This document shows positions 51,109-64,000 of a stretch of 64,000 nt of DNA, piece by piece (the stretch's first letter is position 1; the number at the start of each line of letters is the position of its first letter). The DNA is from Guillardia theta CCMP2712. Its lineage: Eukaryota > Protista > Cryptophyta. The position numbers were made by a program, and so were the translations under genes. The notes beneath the pieces are model-generated. The model did no database searches. It worked only from the letters and a program-made list of their open reading frames with translations, and had not been told where the DNA came from. Location: the NCBI RefSeq assembly GCF_000315625.1, contig NW_005434566.1, forward strand, positions 62,001 through 126,000, read 5' to 3'.

Positions 51109-54100
51109 TGCCGACTCACCAGCAAGTTTGTTCTCTGCTCTTGTACCGGAACGAGGGCAGAGGGTCGATGAGCATCGGGTCATGCCGGCGCCTCCTACTC
51201 CAGTGGCGTCTCGCTCACCTCTCCGACACCCAGCTCATGCTCAGCCAGGCAACATGACGGGACGAGACTGCGAGGGAGGAGAGGAGGAGGAGGAGGAGGA
51301 GAAGTTCGTGCTGTGGGATCAAGGGAGAACGCGAGATCTGCGCTGCTCAATCTTCTCGCGCAGTTTGACGTCGACCGTTGAAAGAAGGTTTGAGTATGGC
51401 AGGAGTCAGCTCAAGCTTGGCACCCGCTTCGACCCGCTCGTGTGCTACACGTACGTCAACGAGGAATGCTGGACAACAGAGCAGGTGGAGGATGGCAGCG
51501 ACTGCGAGGATGGGGGGACGGAGGATCAGTATGCGAGGGTGAGAAAAGAGAGCAAGATCCTGTGGAGGAGGAAGTCGGAGGACAAACGAACCTCCCTGTT
51601 CTACATCAGGAGGGCGATCTCGACGGGTAGAGTGGAGGAGGACGAGGACGACGAGCGCGGGGAAGATGATGAGGAGGAGGACGGGGAGGAGAAACGCGAC
51701 TGGTTCTTCGGGGAGGTTGAGAGCGCGTCCGGGTGGGGGGAAAGGGCATTGAAGGCAGCGGCAGACGTGGCAAGCAAGAAAGGCTGGAAGGAAATCTCCC
51801 TCCTCCTCCATGGGGACTCTCTCGCCCAGCTAGCGAGGAATGTCGACGAACGGTTCTCAGCTCCCCTCTGCCTCTTCTCCGCCTCGTCGCTGGACGGGTT
51901 GCAGGAGTACAACCAGCGGGCCTCCTCCTCCTCCAGGCTCTCGTGCCTCGTCGCCTTCCATGCGCTGAAGCAGGAGAAGGTCAGGAGTCTGTTCGTCAGC
52001 GCGACTATGTTCGACGTCCTCGTGCTGGGAGAGCTCCCTTCTCTCTTTGACACCCTCCTGCCCCACGAGGTCCTCCTGCACCTCGGTCGGCTCCTCCTCC
52101 TCTCGCACGTGACCCTCCTGCCGGTGAAGCAGCTGCGCAGCTTGCTGTCCCTTGTCAGCGAGACGGAGAAGAATCCGCAGCGGCTGATCGAGATGAGCGT
52201 GAGGAGGATCAGCCCCAAGGTCAAGGTCGAGGTCAAGCAGCTAAGGATGGACGTGCTGCTGGTGGAGGTGCTGGAGGGTGACCTGAGGAGGGTTAGAGTC
52301 GTTGACCTTGACAACCTGCTGTGTAAGGAGACCAGGAGCTGGAGGGAGCTCGGAGCCCCTGCCCTCCTCACCCCCTCCTCCTACACGCTGAGGATCAAGG
52401 ACAGCAAGGCTCTTCTCACCCCCGAGGGGAGGGAGCACGAGCAGGATCGTCCTGCGCGCGAGCTCAGGAGGGGGCATGTCTCCTTGCAAGCTGTCATGAT
52501 AGTCGGCCTGCAGCCTCAGGTCGTCTCCTCTCTCTTCTCGCAGCTGCTCCACCTTCCCTTCCCCCCATGGGCCCCCCTCCTCTCCTGGAGCTCGGTCGCG
52601 CAGCTCCAAGTCGCGCACAACCCAGAGACTTTGAGCTTCGACGTCTGCCTGTCGAGCCTTCCGGCGTTTGTGGAGCAGCAGCAGGCGAACAAAGACAAGG
52701 AGGAGGATGGTGCGTCTTCGCACAAGCGATCGGCAGCCAAGAAGTCGCAGAAGTCTGCGAAGGAGGAGGAAGTGAAGGAGGGGGATGGAGAGAAGGAGGA
52801 GGAGGAGGAGGAAGACACTGCGAAGAAGGATAGCGAGGGCGGGGAGGAGGCAGAGGTCAAGAAGAAGAGCAGCAAGGGGAGGGGGAACAAGACAACGAGC
52901 AAGAGGAAGCTGATGGGAGAGGAGGAGGAGGACAAGGAGGAGAAGCAAGAGGAGAAGTCAAAGGACGGCACATCGCTGCCGCCCCCACAGCCCATCGACA
53001 TATTCTCTTCCTCCATGGTCCAGTCTTGCAACTCTCTCCTTTCTTCCCTCCTCCAGCACGTCAGCAGCAGCAGCAAGGTGCTCCTCTTCGGCTCTGAGCT
53101 CTCCCTCCTCGGCGTCAAGATTGCCTCTTCCCTCCCCGACGTTCTCGTCCTCGTCGTCCACCAGCACGAGCAGCATGCGCGCATGCAGCGGCGGCTAGCA
53201 GGGGAGATGCGCCTGACCAACCTCTACTCCTCGTTCCTCGGCATGTCCGAGAGGACAGTGAAACGCCTCCTCTCCCTCCCCGAGCCCTTCGACGTCTGTA
53301 TCCTCGGCCCTCACGTCTTTGCTGCTACGCTGGAAAGATCTCCCTCCTCCTTCTTCTCCTTCCTCTCCCTCCTCCTTCGCTTCGCCCCTTCCTCCTTCCT
53401 CCTCGCGCCTCCCTCCTCTTCCCTGCGCGCAGCCATGCAGGTCCTTCACCTCAACCTCTCAAGTGGATACGACAGCACGCAGGAGCTGGTGCGGCGGCTG
53501 GAGGAGGAGAGGCTGAACCCGCGGAGGATGGAAGTTGGAGGAGCAGGAGGAGGCTGCAGCTTCGAGCTGGTGCAGCTGACGGCGGAGGAGCTCGTGCGGC
53601 AGGTCAGGGTTGGGACGCGAGAGGCGGTGATGCGGATGAGGAGAGGGTCGACCCGCCTGTCGTTCATGGGGAGAGGGAGGGGGAAGGAGGGGAAAGAAGA
53701 GGAGGAGGAGCTCTACAGGAACCGGAGAGGGATGTCGATAGAGACGCTGCTGGCGTTTGGGATGCTCAACGAGACGAAAGCTCTCTTCCTCCGCAAGTTC
53801 CTCTCGCTCAGCCTGCCGGACCAGCCCGTGCTGCCTTGCGATGTAGTGGTGCTGGAGGATGAGCTCAAGTTCGATCCCCTCGACCACTCCCGGCACGTTT
53901 ACGCGCGCGTGTACTCGGAGGGGAGGAGGAGGAGCAAGAAGAGGATGGGGAAGGTCAAGGCCTGCAGCTACCAGGAGGAGGCAGCGAGGACGGTGGACCC
54001 GGACCATGTCAACAGGAGTGTAGCGGCAGCGAGCACGATCGCAAGTCTCCTCTCCTCCCACCACAACTTCTCCTTCCTCGAGTACTCGCAGTCCCTCCCC

Positions 54101-55406
54101 GTCGTCTCTCAGCTCCTCTCCCCCCTCCATCCTCACAGCACCTTCGTCACCGTGCAGCAGGACGAGCTCGGGCACCTCCAGCACGTCCTCTTCCTCCAGG
54201 AGTGCGGGCCAGCCAACGTCGTTGCCTGCAACGGAGCAGCTGCTGACGTCATCCCAAAACTCTACGAGTCTCCAGAGTTCCTCCGCTTCCAGTACGCGGA
54301 GCCGATGCAGCTGATGCTGGCAGCGGAGGAGGAGGAGGCTCTTCTGGGACAGCTCCTGTCCTGTGCCATGACGACCTTTCTCCTCCTCCCCTCTCCTCGC
54401 CTCCTCTCCACCGCCTTCTCCCTCCTCTTCCCCTCCTCTCGCCCGCCGAGCTTCGACATGATCGTCGAGGACCTTGTGGAGGAGGCTTCGGTGCCACTGA
54501 GGACGGAGGTGGAGGTAGCGTTCCTGCAGGAGCTCGGAGGGCATGTCTTGCTGCGCGTGCGGCTGATCAACATGACGCGGGTGGCGCATCATCACTTCGA
54601 CTACAAGAAGGACGGGCACGCGCGCGTGTACGACATGCTCTTCAAGGAGAGGAGGAGAGTGCCGGCGCAGCGAGAGGACGCGTACCTGCCGGGGCAGCTG
54701 ACGCTGACGAGGAGGGAAGACGAGCATTCGATCCCCTACAAGGAGCTCAGGGCGATCAGCCTGATCGCGCTGCTGCGCATGGGGCTCAACAACTACCAGA
54801 AGCGGAAGTTCTACGAAAGTTTCATCCGGATGCCGCTCTTCGAGGACATGGCGCCATGGAACATCGTCTTCGAGGGAGGCATCTTGTCCTACATCGACCA
54901 GGACACGCAGGACCAGAAGTTCGACCAGCTCCTCCCCCTCGCCTACCAGACCATGTCCGCGCTCATGAACTACATCAGAACCGTCCAGGACTTCGGCAAG
55001 TGCAAGGGAAAGGCGAGGGGAGGCAACTCTTACGGGATCCCCTACATCTCCGACTGTGTTCGCTCCTCCTTCCGCGGGCCCTGCCCCTCCTCGGATCGCC
55101 CGGTGCCCTGGTACGATTGTTGTGCTCTCTTCCTCTCCCCTCCTCTCCCCTCCTCTCCCCTCCTCTCCCCTCCTCTTCCCTCACTTCTAACCCCTCCTCT
55201 CCTCCCTCCCCCGCTCTCTCCGTTCCTCCTCTCTCCTCTCTCCTCTCCTTCCCGTCTCACATCCTGGCAGCGGCGACCACACCTGTCGCAGCACTTTCGT
55301 CGAGTGCCTGCAGGCGCTGATGGAGCAGGAGAAGAGCCGGCAGACGAGAACTTCTATCCTCGCCGACGCCTCGAAGCAGCTCACCATGAAGCTCTCCAAG
55401 TCCTAG
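50591..55406 (+). CDS. Large secretory/type II membrane protein (~1550 aa, 2 exons) with three internal modules
   Basis: One ~4.5-kb exon from MKKLVLPFILAASILALTPLILL (signal/anchor), an intron at ~55111-55270, and a last exon …CGDHTCRSTFVECLQAL…KLSKS*. Confidence 0.8.
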
Positions 55407-55692
55407 ACCTCCTTCCAAGTCCTCGCGCGTAGACGAGGAACTTCTGTCAGAGAAGAGAGAGAGGCGGGGACGAGAAAGACTTTGGGGCATGTCAGGATGG
55501 AGCAGCAGGAAGAGCGGGAACAGAAACAGCCGCAGCAGCAACAGCAGGCAGCGACAGCGGCAGTAGCAGAGGAGGAGGAGGAGGAGGAGGTTAGGGGCAG
55601 AGGTTTGTTACATGTACTGCATGAGCGATAAGTGAAGTTAAGCCTCCGAGGGAGGGATCAATAATGTACTTGTCCTTCAGCTGGAGGCCAGC

Positions 55693-58600
55693 TCAAGGGA
55701 GAGGTGTCGCGAGGAGGCGGGCTCGGACCTCACTGTCCGCGAGATCCTCCTGAGATCGAACCGCCTCCAGCACCTTCCCCAGCACGAGGGGCTGCTGAAC
55801 GGCAGCTGGGTGCTGCAGCTCGAGCAGCTCGGCGAGGTAGGCGTGACAGGTCTTGGCGCAGTCCACGTCATCCTTGATGGGCAGCCACGAGACCCACGTG
55901 GGAAGAATCTGCAGCAAGTCAAACTCACGCTCACATGCTCACATGCTCTCATGGTCCGCAGTCCCTCCGTCGCTCCCTCCCTCTCTCCGTCTTCCCGTCG
56001 ACCTCACATCCTCTCCCTCTCCTCCCGTCCGCCCTTTGCTCTCCTTGCTCTCCTTCCCCTTCCCGTCCCTCCCGGTCACGTTGGCGACACAAGGAGCGCT
56101 CTTACCTCTCCTGCGTTGGCTGTCTTGATCTGAAACTTGCAGATGCGGCCGACGGCATCGACCGCGTTGTCTGTTGCCTCGCCATTTCCCTCCTCCCTCG
56201 AGCTCGGGTGAGTAGCGACAGCATGTAGCACTTCCAGTGCCTGGAGGGGACGAGGAGACATCAGCTGGCAAGGACGCAAGAGCCCCCGACCCACCTTGGG
56301 GATGAAAGGTGCGAACCCGTCGCCTCCCCTCTCCGCACAGACGGCAAGACCGAAGCAAGCTGATCGTCGGACTGCATCAGAACTACGTCAGAGTCCTGCC
56401 TTGGTCCGCGTTCACAGCCTCACCAGCGGCGTCGTCATGGCAGCTGAACTGCAAGCATGCAGCGGCGATGTTGTTGAGGTTGGAGCGAGCAACATCTTCG
56501 CCGTGTTCCATCACCTCGCACAGGCAGTTGAGAGCGGCACACTTGTGCATGTCCAGTGACTTGGCGTTAGAGAGAACTTGACCGTAGACGGGGAGGAGAG
56601 ACGTTTGCATCTTGCGGGCAAACCTTGACTTGAACACCTTGAGAGCGCTGGAGATGACCTCGACCATGGTCATCATCATCGTGTCCTCCTCCTCCTCCTC
56701 CTCCTCCTCCTCTTGTGAGGGAGAGGCAACAATGTCGTCCACGATCATCTTGATGGTCTCGCACAGCCGTGCGAGCTGCTGGTCATCCAAGGACGATGCC
56801 ATGCAGGCGTCGAGACACTCAGCGATGTTGGTCAGGATGTTTTCTTGCTCGTCCACCTCGGTCTCCACCAGGCATGCCTGCAGCAAGAACGGCCACATCT
56901 GTCCCATCAGCAGGACCAAGTCGCCCTCGCTCATCATCCCCTTCTCCATACCGGCACGAGCGCACACCAGCAGCTTCGGCATGGAGTCGACGGCTGCCCT
57001 GCGAACGGAGGTGGAGAGCTTGTAGGTGAGACCGGGAATGAGAATCTCAGAGGCTCTCTTGAGCTCGGGGAGGAAGTTCTCCTTGAGAGACTCGGCAAGG
57101 GCGGCCAGCACGTTGAAGCCGAGGGCCTTGTCCTCGAGCTCCTTGATGTTGATGCTGACTCGCATCTTGCCCATCCCCTTGATGCTTACGATCGTCGCCT
57201 CCCCGTCCATCTCTCCCTCCTCCTGATCTGCTTCCTGCATGTCCAACTTGGGGTCCAGACCAGCGTATCCATAGACCTGGGGGAGGAGATGAGGGAGGTA
57301 CTGGAGGAAGGACTGGCCCATGCTCCTTGAGATGCGGCAGCACGCCTGGAGGAAGTAGGACATCTGAGCATCCCCCGTCTGGTTCCTCTCGTGGAAGGAC
57401 ATCAGCAGGTTCATGACGGCTGGGGCGTCCTTGGAGAAGTGCTCAGTGCCGACAGCATCCGCGATGCACGAGATGCTCTCCATCGCTCGTCCGCAGAGGT
57501 CCCTGTAGTCTTCTCCCACGCTGTGATCGGAGGACGACAAGATGCTGAGCAGGCCAGGCATGAGGTGATTGTAGTACCGCACGAAGTTCTCGTTGAGAGC
57601 GGAAGCAAGGGAGGAGACAGCAGTGATGGCACACTTCTGCTGGGGGATGGAGCCCGATCCGAGGATGGACAGGAGGCTGGCAATGAGCTCGTCCGAGTAC
57701 TTGAGGAGAATCTCCTCGTGCTCCTCCTCGCACTCTGCCGTGAAATCGACCAGGCACTGTCGCCAGCAGTCAGCCCAACATCACTCCCTCTCTCACCAGC
57801 CTCACCTTGGCGGCACGGGATCGTATCCTCTCATGGGAACTCGACATCAATCGCTGCAGCGAGGGCAGCACCACGTGATGGTACTCCTCCTGTACAGTGG
57901 GGGCGAAGCAGGTGCATAGGGCAGCAAGGGCCCCAAGAGCAGCCCAGGTCACCATCTGCATACCGCCGGCCATGAACTTGTTGATTGTTTCCAGGACGTG
58001 AGGGATGTTGGAGGCGAGAGACTTCTCGGCACAGGAGAGGAGCAGCGCGAGGGCTCGCAGGGCAGAGTACTGGTGCTGCCACTTGTCTGAGTTGAGCTTG
58101 TTCAAGATGATGGAGACAACGGTGGATGAAATTCGATTTCCTCCCATGGCAAGGAAGAATCTCTCCATCGACTCTTCGCCGTATCTCACGAGCTCCTCGA
58201 CTTCGTCCTTGTCTTCCTCGTCGCCGACATTCTTGTACCAATCCGCCTCCTCCTCGATCGCTTCCACCATCGACATCATCACCGGCAGGCAGTTCTCCGT
58301 CAGCTGCGGGATCTTTCTTGCCAGCGCCGGCTTGTTCTCCACGTAAGTAACAATGAGCTCCATGGCGAGGCTTCGCAAATCATCGTCAACTTCCGCATTC
58401 CCTGTAGAAGGATCAGCGTCGGGCATGAGACATGCGAGCACGTACCTGTGACGGCATGCGCAGACGCGAGAAGCTGTTCGATCGAGGGTTTCACAAAGCC
58501 GGGGTCTTGAGCGGTGAGGTCGATCAGAGCTGAGAGGCACGTCCTAGACTTGTCGCGGCTTCCCGACTGGAAGGCGTCTTGCAGTACAGAGATCATCTTC

Positions 58601-59327
58601 GGCAGCAGGGACTGCAACTTGGCCTGCATCTGCTTGCCCCTGGCATCACACAAGTGAGGAGCTATGCTGCTGACTGTTGAAAGACAGATGCATCTGACAT
58701 CCAGCGAGTTCTGCGGGGACAGGGCAGCTTCGAGCACGGGCAGAAGAGGCTGGACCGCTGGGAGGACGATGTCTTCGCCGATGTCGTCGGACAAGGACTT
58801 CAGGAGGTTTAGCCCCAACGACTTGGTCGTTTCTTTCACGTCATTGCAGCAGTTATAGACGAAAGGAAGGATCTCCGACCAGCCCTCTGACATCCCGTCA
58901 GCATCGACTCGCTCAAAAGGGCAGGTGGCAGGCACTGCTGAGGAGGCGATGGAGGCGACCCGGGAGATGGCGTCTGAGATGTTGCGCGCGACTGACATCT
59001 CGCTCTCTACCGTCAAACTCTCCAGCAGCTCCGACTTGATCTGCCCTCTCGTGTTCACGTCCAGCTTCGACCACCTCTCGCTGGTGACACTCCGCCGGAA
59101 CAGGACGATTGACATCTTGCGCATCTGGCATGCAGCTTCAGAGAGGTGCAAGGCAGACAAGCCCGACGATGTACCTGAGGATCCGCCATGGTCTTCCCCA
59201 TTCTGAACAAAGAGGGGATGAAGTTAAGGTCATGATCTCGGAGCTGAGAGAACTCCTGCTCTGCTTGTTGTCGAGTTGCGTTGTCACAGGACAGGAGCCT
59301 GGGAAACAGTTGCGAGAGGTCGGCCAT
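55693..59327 (-). CDS. IPO5: Importin-5 / karyopherin beta-3 (HEAT repeats; 3' end approximate)
   Basis: LLSCDNATRQQAE, W-x-EILPF, LRSLAMELIVT, LAMGG, WQHQYSAL, CGRAMESIS-x-IADAVG, ACCRISRSMG-x-SF-x-x-YLP, IKELEDKA, VRRAA, ATDNAVDAVGRI and WVSWLPIKDD. Confidence 0.9.
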
Positions 59328-60039
59328 TTCTACAGCACCTGAGATGGTACGAGTCATGACATGGCGGACATGGCGGAAGATAGCAAGGAATTGTTCGTCA
59401 GGCAAGCTGACAGAATGAGGCAGAGAGGATAAGGCGGCAGAGGCTACAAAGAGGAATGCAAAGAGCATAGAACTAGCAAGGGGAGGAGGGGAGGGAGCTC
59501 CAGACTTGACAACGTTTCCAGGATGAAACATTGCATGCGTCAGTATGGAGATGGAAATGTGAGAAAACGGGGAGGGAGGAGGAGGCAGCACTCGAAGCGC
59601 AGAGTGATCTTTGGCGGGAGTAACAGTGGGAAACATAGGCGATCTGCGAGGAGAGGAGAAATGGGCACGAAGAAACTTGAGGTGGAGAGAGAGAGGAAAA
59701 GGAGCAGCAGCAGGAAGCAAATAGCAGAGAGAGGAGAGTGGAACAGAAGCTGGAGCTGGAGCTGGGAGGGAGGGAGGGGGAAGGAGAGAGGGAGGGAGGG
59801 AGGGAGAGGGGGGCGCAGGAGCAGCGGCTATTTTCGCCATTGTAGAAGGGCGAGAGGGCGGGAAGGATCCTGAGGAATAGCTGCAAAAGGGACATGGGGT
59901 GCTTAGTACTAATGGCGGGTAGTACACCCAAGAACAATCCAGTACACTTCAATAGGGTGGGTACTTTATGTTTGTAGAAGGGGTACATAAAAATCAAAGG
60001 GGTATGAAGTGTCGGGGGTAGGGTAGTCACAGGGCCTTT

Positions 60040-60745
60040 TGGCGGGAAACTGGGTCAGTGACCTTCTTGTCCGACTGCCACGACGGTCGGAGCCGGGCCG
60101 GGCCGCCGGGTGACTCGAACCGCCCGGGCTCAGCCTGAGATCCGGGACAGTGAGTCCTGCCGGCCGGTGCCCGGGCGGTACGGTAGCCTCTGAGCCGGGC
60201 GTGCCGCCAGCAATCATACCCTCAGTGAAGGCTTCGGCCAACTTGAGTCCGACAGCCAGTGACGCGTGACTGGCCGCGCGGCCCCCGTGCCCCCGGCCAT
60301 TCAATGATCCCGACAGACGAGTCGCCGGGCCGGCCCAGCCGGGCTTCCGAGGCTTCGAAGCCTGCCCCCGGACTCACTGCGGTAGCATGTCATCGGACTC
60401 TCGCGCCGTGCGGTAGCATGTCATCGGACTCTCGCGCGGCACTCTGACAGTTTGACTCTGTCATGTGACACAGTTTGACACTGTCACATGACAGAGTCAA
60501 ACTGTCACATGACAGAGTCAAACCACTTCCGGCCCGACCGCCGCCGCCCGGCCCGGCACAGGCTGCCACGGTGAGTGATCGGACAGCCGGGAGAGTCAGA
60601 GTCGGCTGCAGGTGTAGAGTCCGGGGCCGAGGTCCCAACGGGGGCCGAGGTCCATGCCACCGGCGTGGCGCCCAGACCGGTACACTACTACGGTACCGAG
60701 GCCCTGACCGAGGCCTCTGACCGAGGCCCAGGCGGCCCGGGGGAA
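60040..60745. promoter_or_regulatory. Palindrome-dense GC island in the IPO5/TTC4 divergent intergenic region
   Basis: Same composition as the other islands; preceded by a GGGGT-rich tract (59885-60030); contains a 26-bp perfect hairpin. Confidence 0.5.
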
Positions 60746-60958
60746 TGAGGGGGATGAAAAAGAACCTTCCATCATGCACGTGAAAATTCGCATGGGAGGG
60801 AAGGGAGGCGGGGGGGGAAGGGAGGGAGGACGGCAACGAGGAAGGAGGGAGACAGATGGAGGAAGAGCAGAGTCCAAGGTCCCTACAAGGGGAAGAAAGA
60901 CGTTCAATGGGAGGGAGAGGAGAAGCTGCTGATGGTCTTCCTGTCTGTCTTGCAGAGC

Positions 60959-64000
<3,042 letters not shown>

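Overview
Eukaryotic, intron-rich nuclear DNA from a cryptophyte alga (Guillardia/Hanusia-like). The assignment rests on a nuclear phycoerythrin alpha-subunit gene (FDHRGC motif) with a tripartite signal/transit/twin-arginine presequence. Most of the supplied ORF track is artefact from intronic microsatellites and seven N-gaps, so genes were rebuilt by hand from GT/GC-AG splice sites and CTGAC-like branch points; gene ends are approximate where stated. Recognisable genes: LRR/coiled-coil protein, YIF1, NDUFS6, plastid alpha/beta-hydrolase, a cobalamin lower-ligand phosphoribosyltransferase (CobT), cpeA, ORC3, a PH-domain CAMK-type kinase, a degenerate plastid GST-like protein, a dual-specificity phosphatase, a CLC channel fragment, a large three-module secretory protein, importin-5 and TTC4/CNS1. 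The most interesting signals are: (i) recurrent palindrome-dense GC islands, often paired with GGGGT/ACCCC tracts, at gene 5' ends; (ii) a ~1550-aa protein with a triplicated methyltransferase-like + kinase-like module reminiscent of WbdD; (iii) an intron-rich cobT suggesting B12 remodelling; (iv) an intron made of ~33 tandem branch-point motifs; (v) LTR-like direct repeats and a 267-bp inverted duplication.
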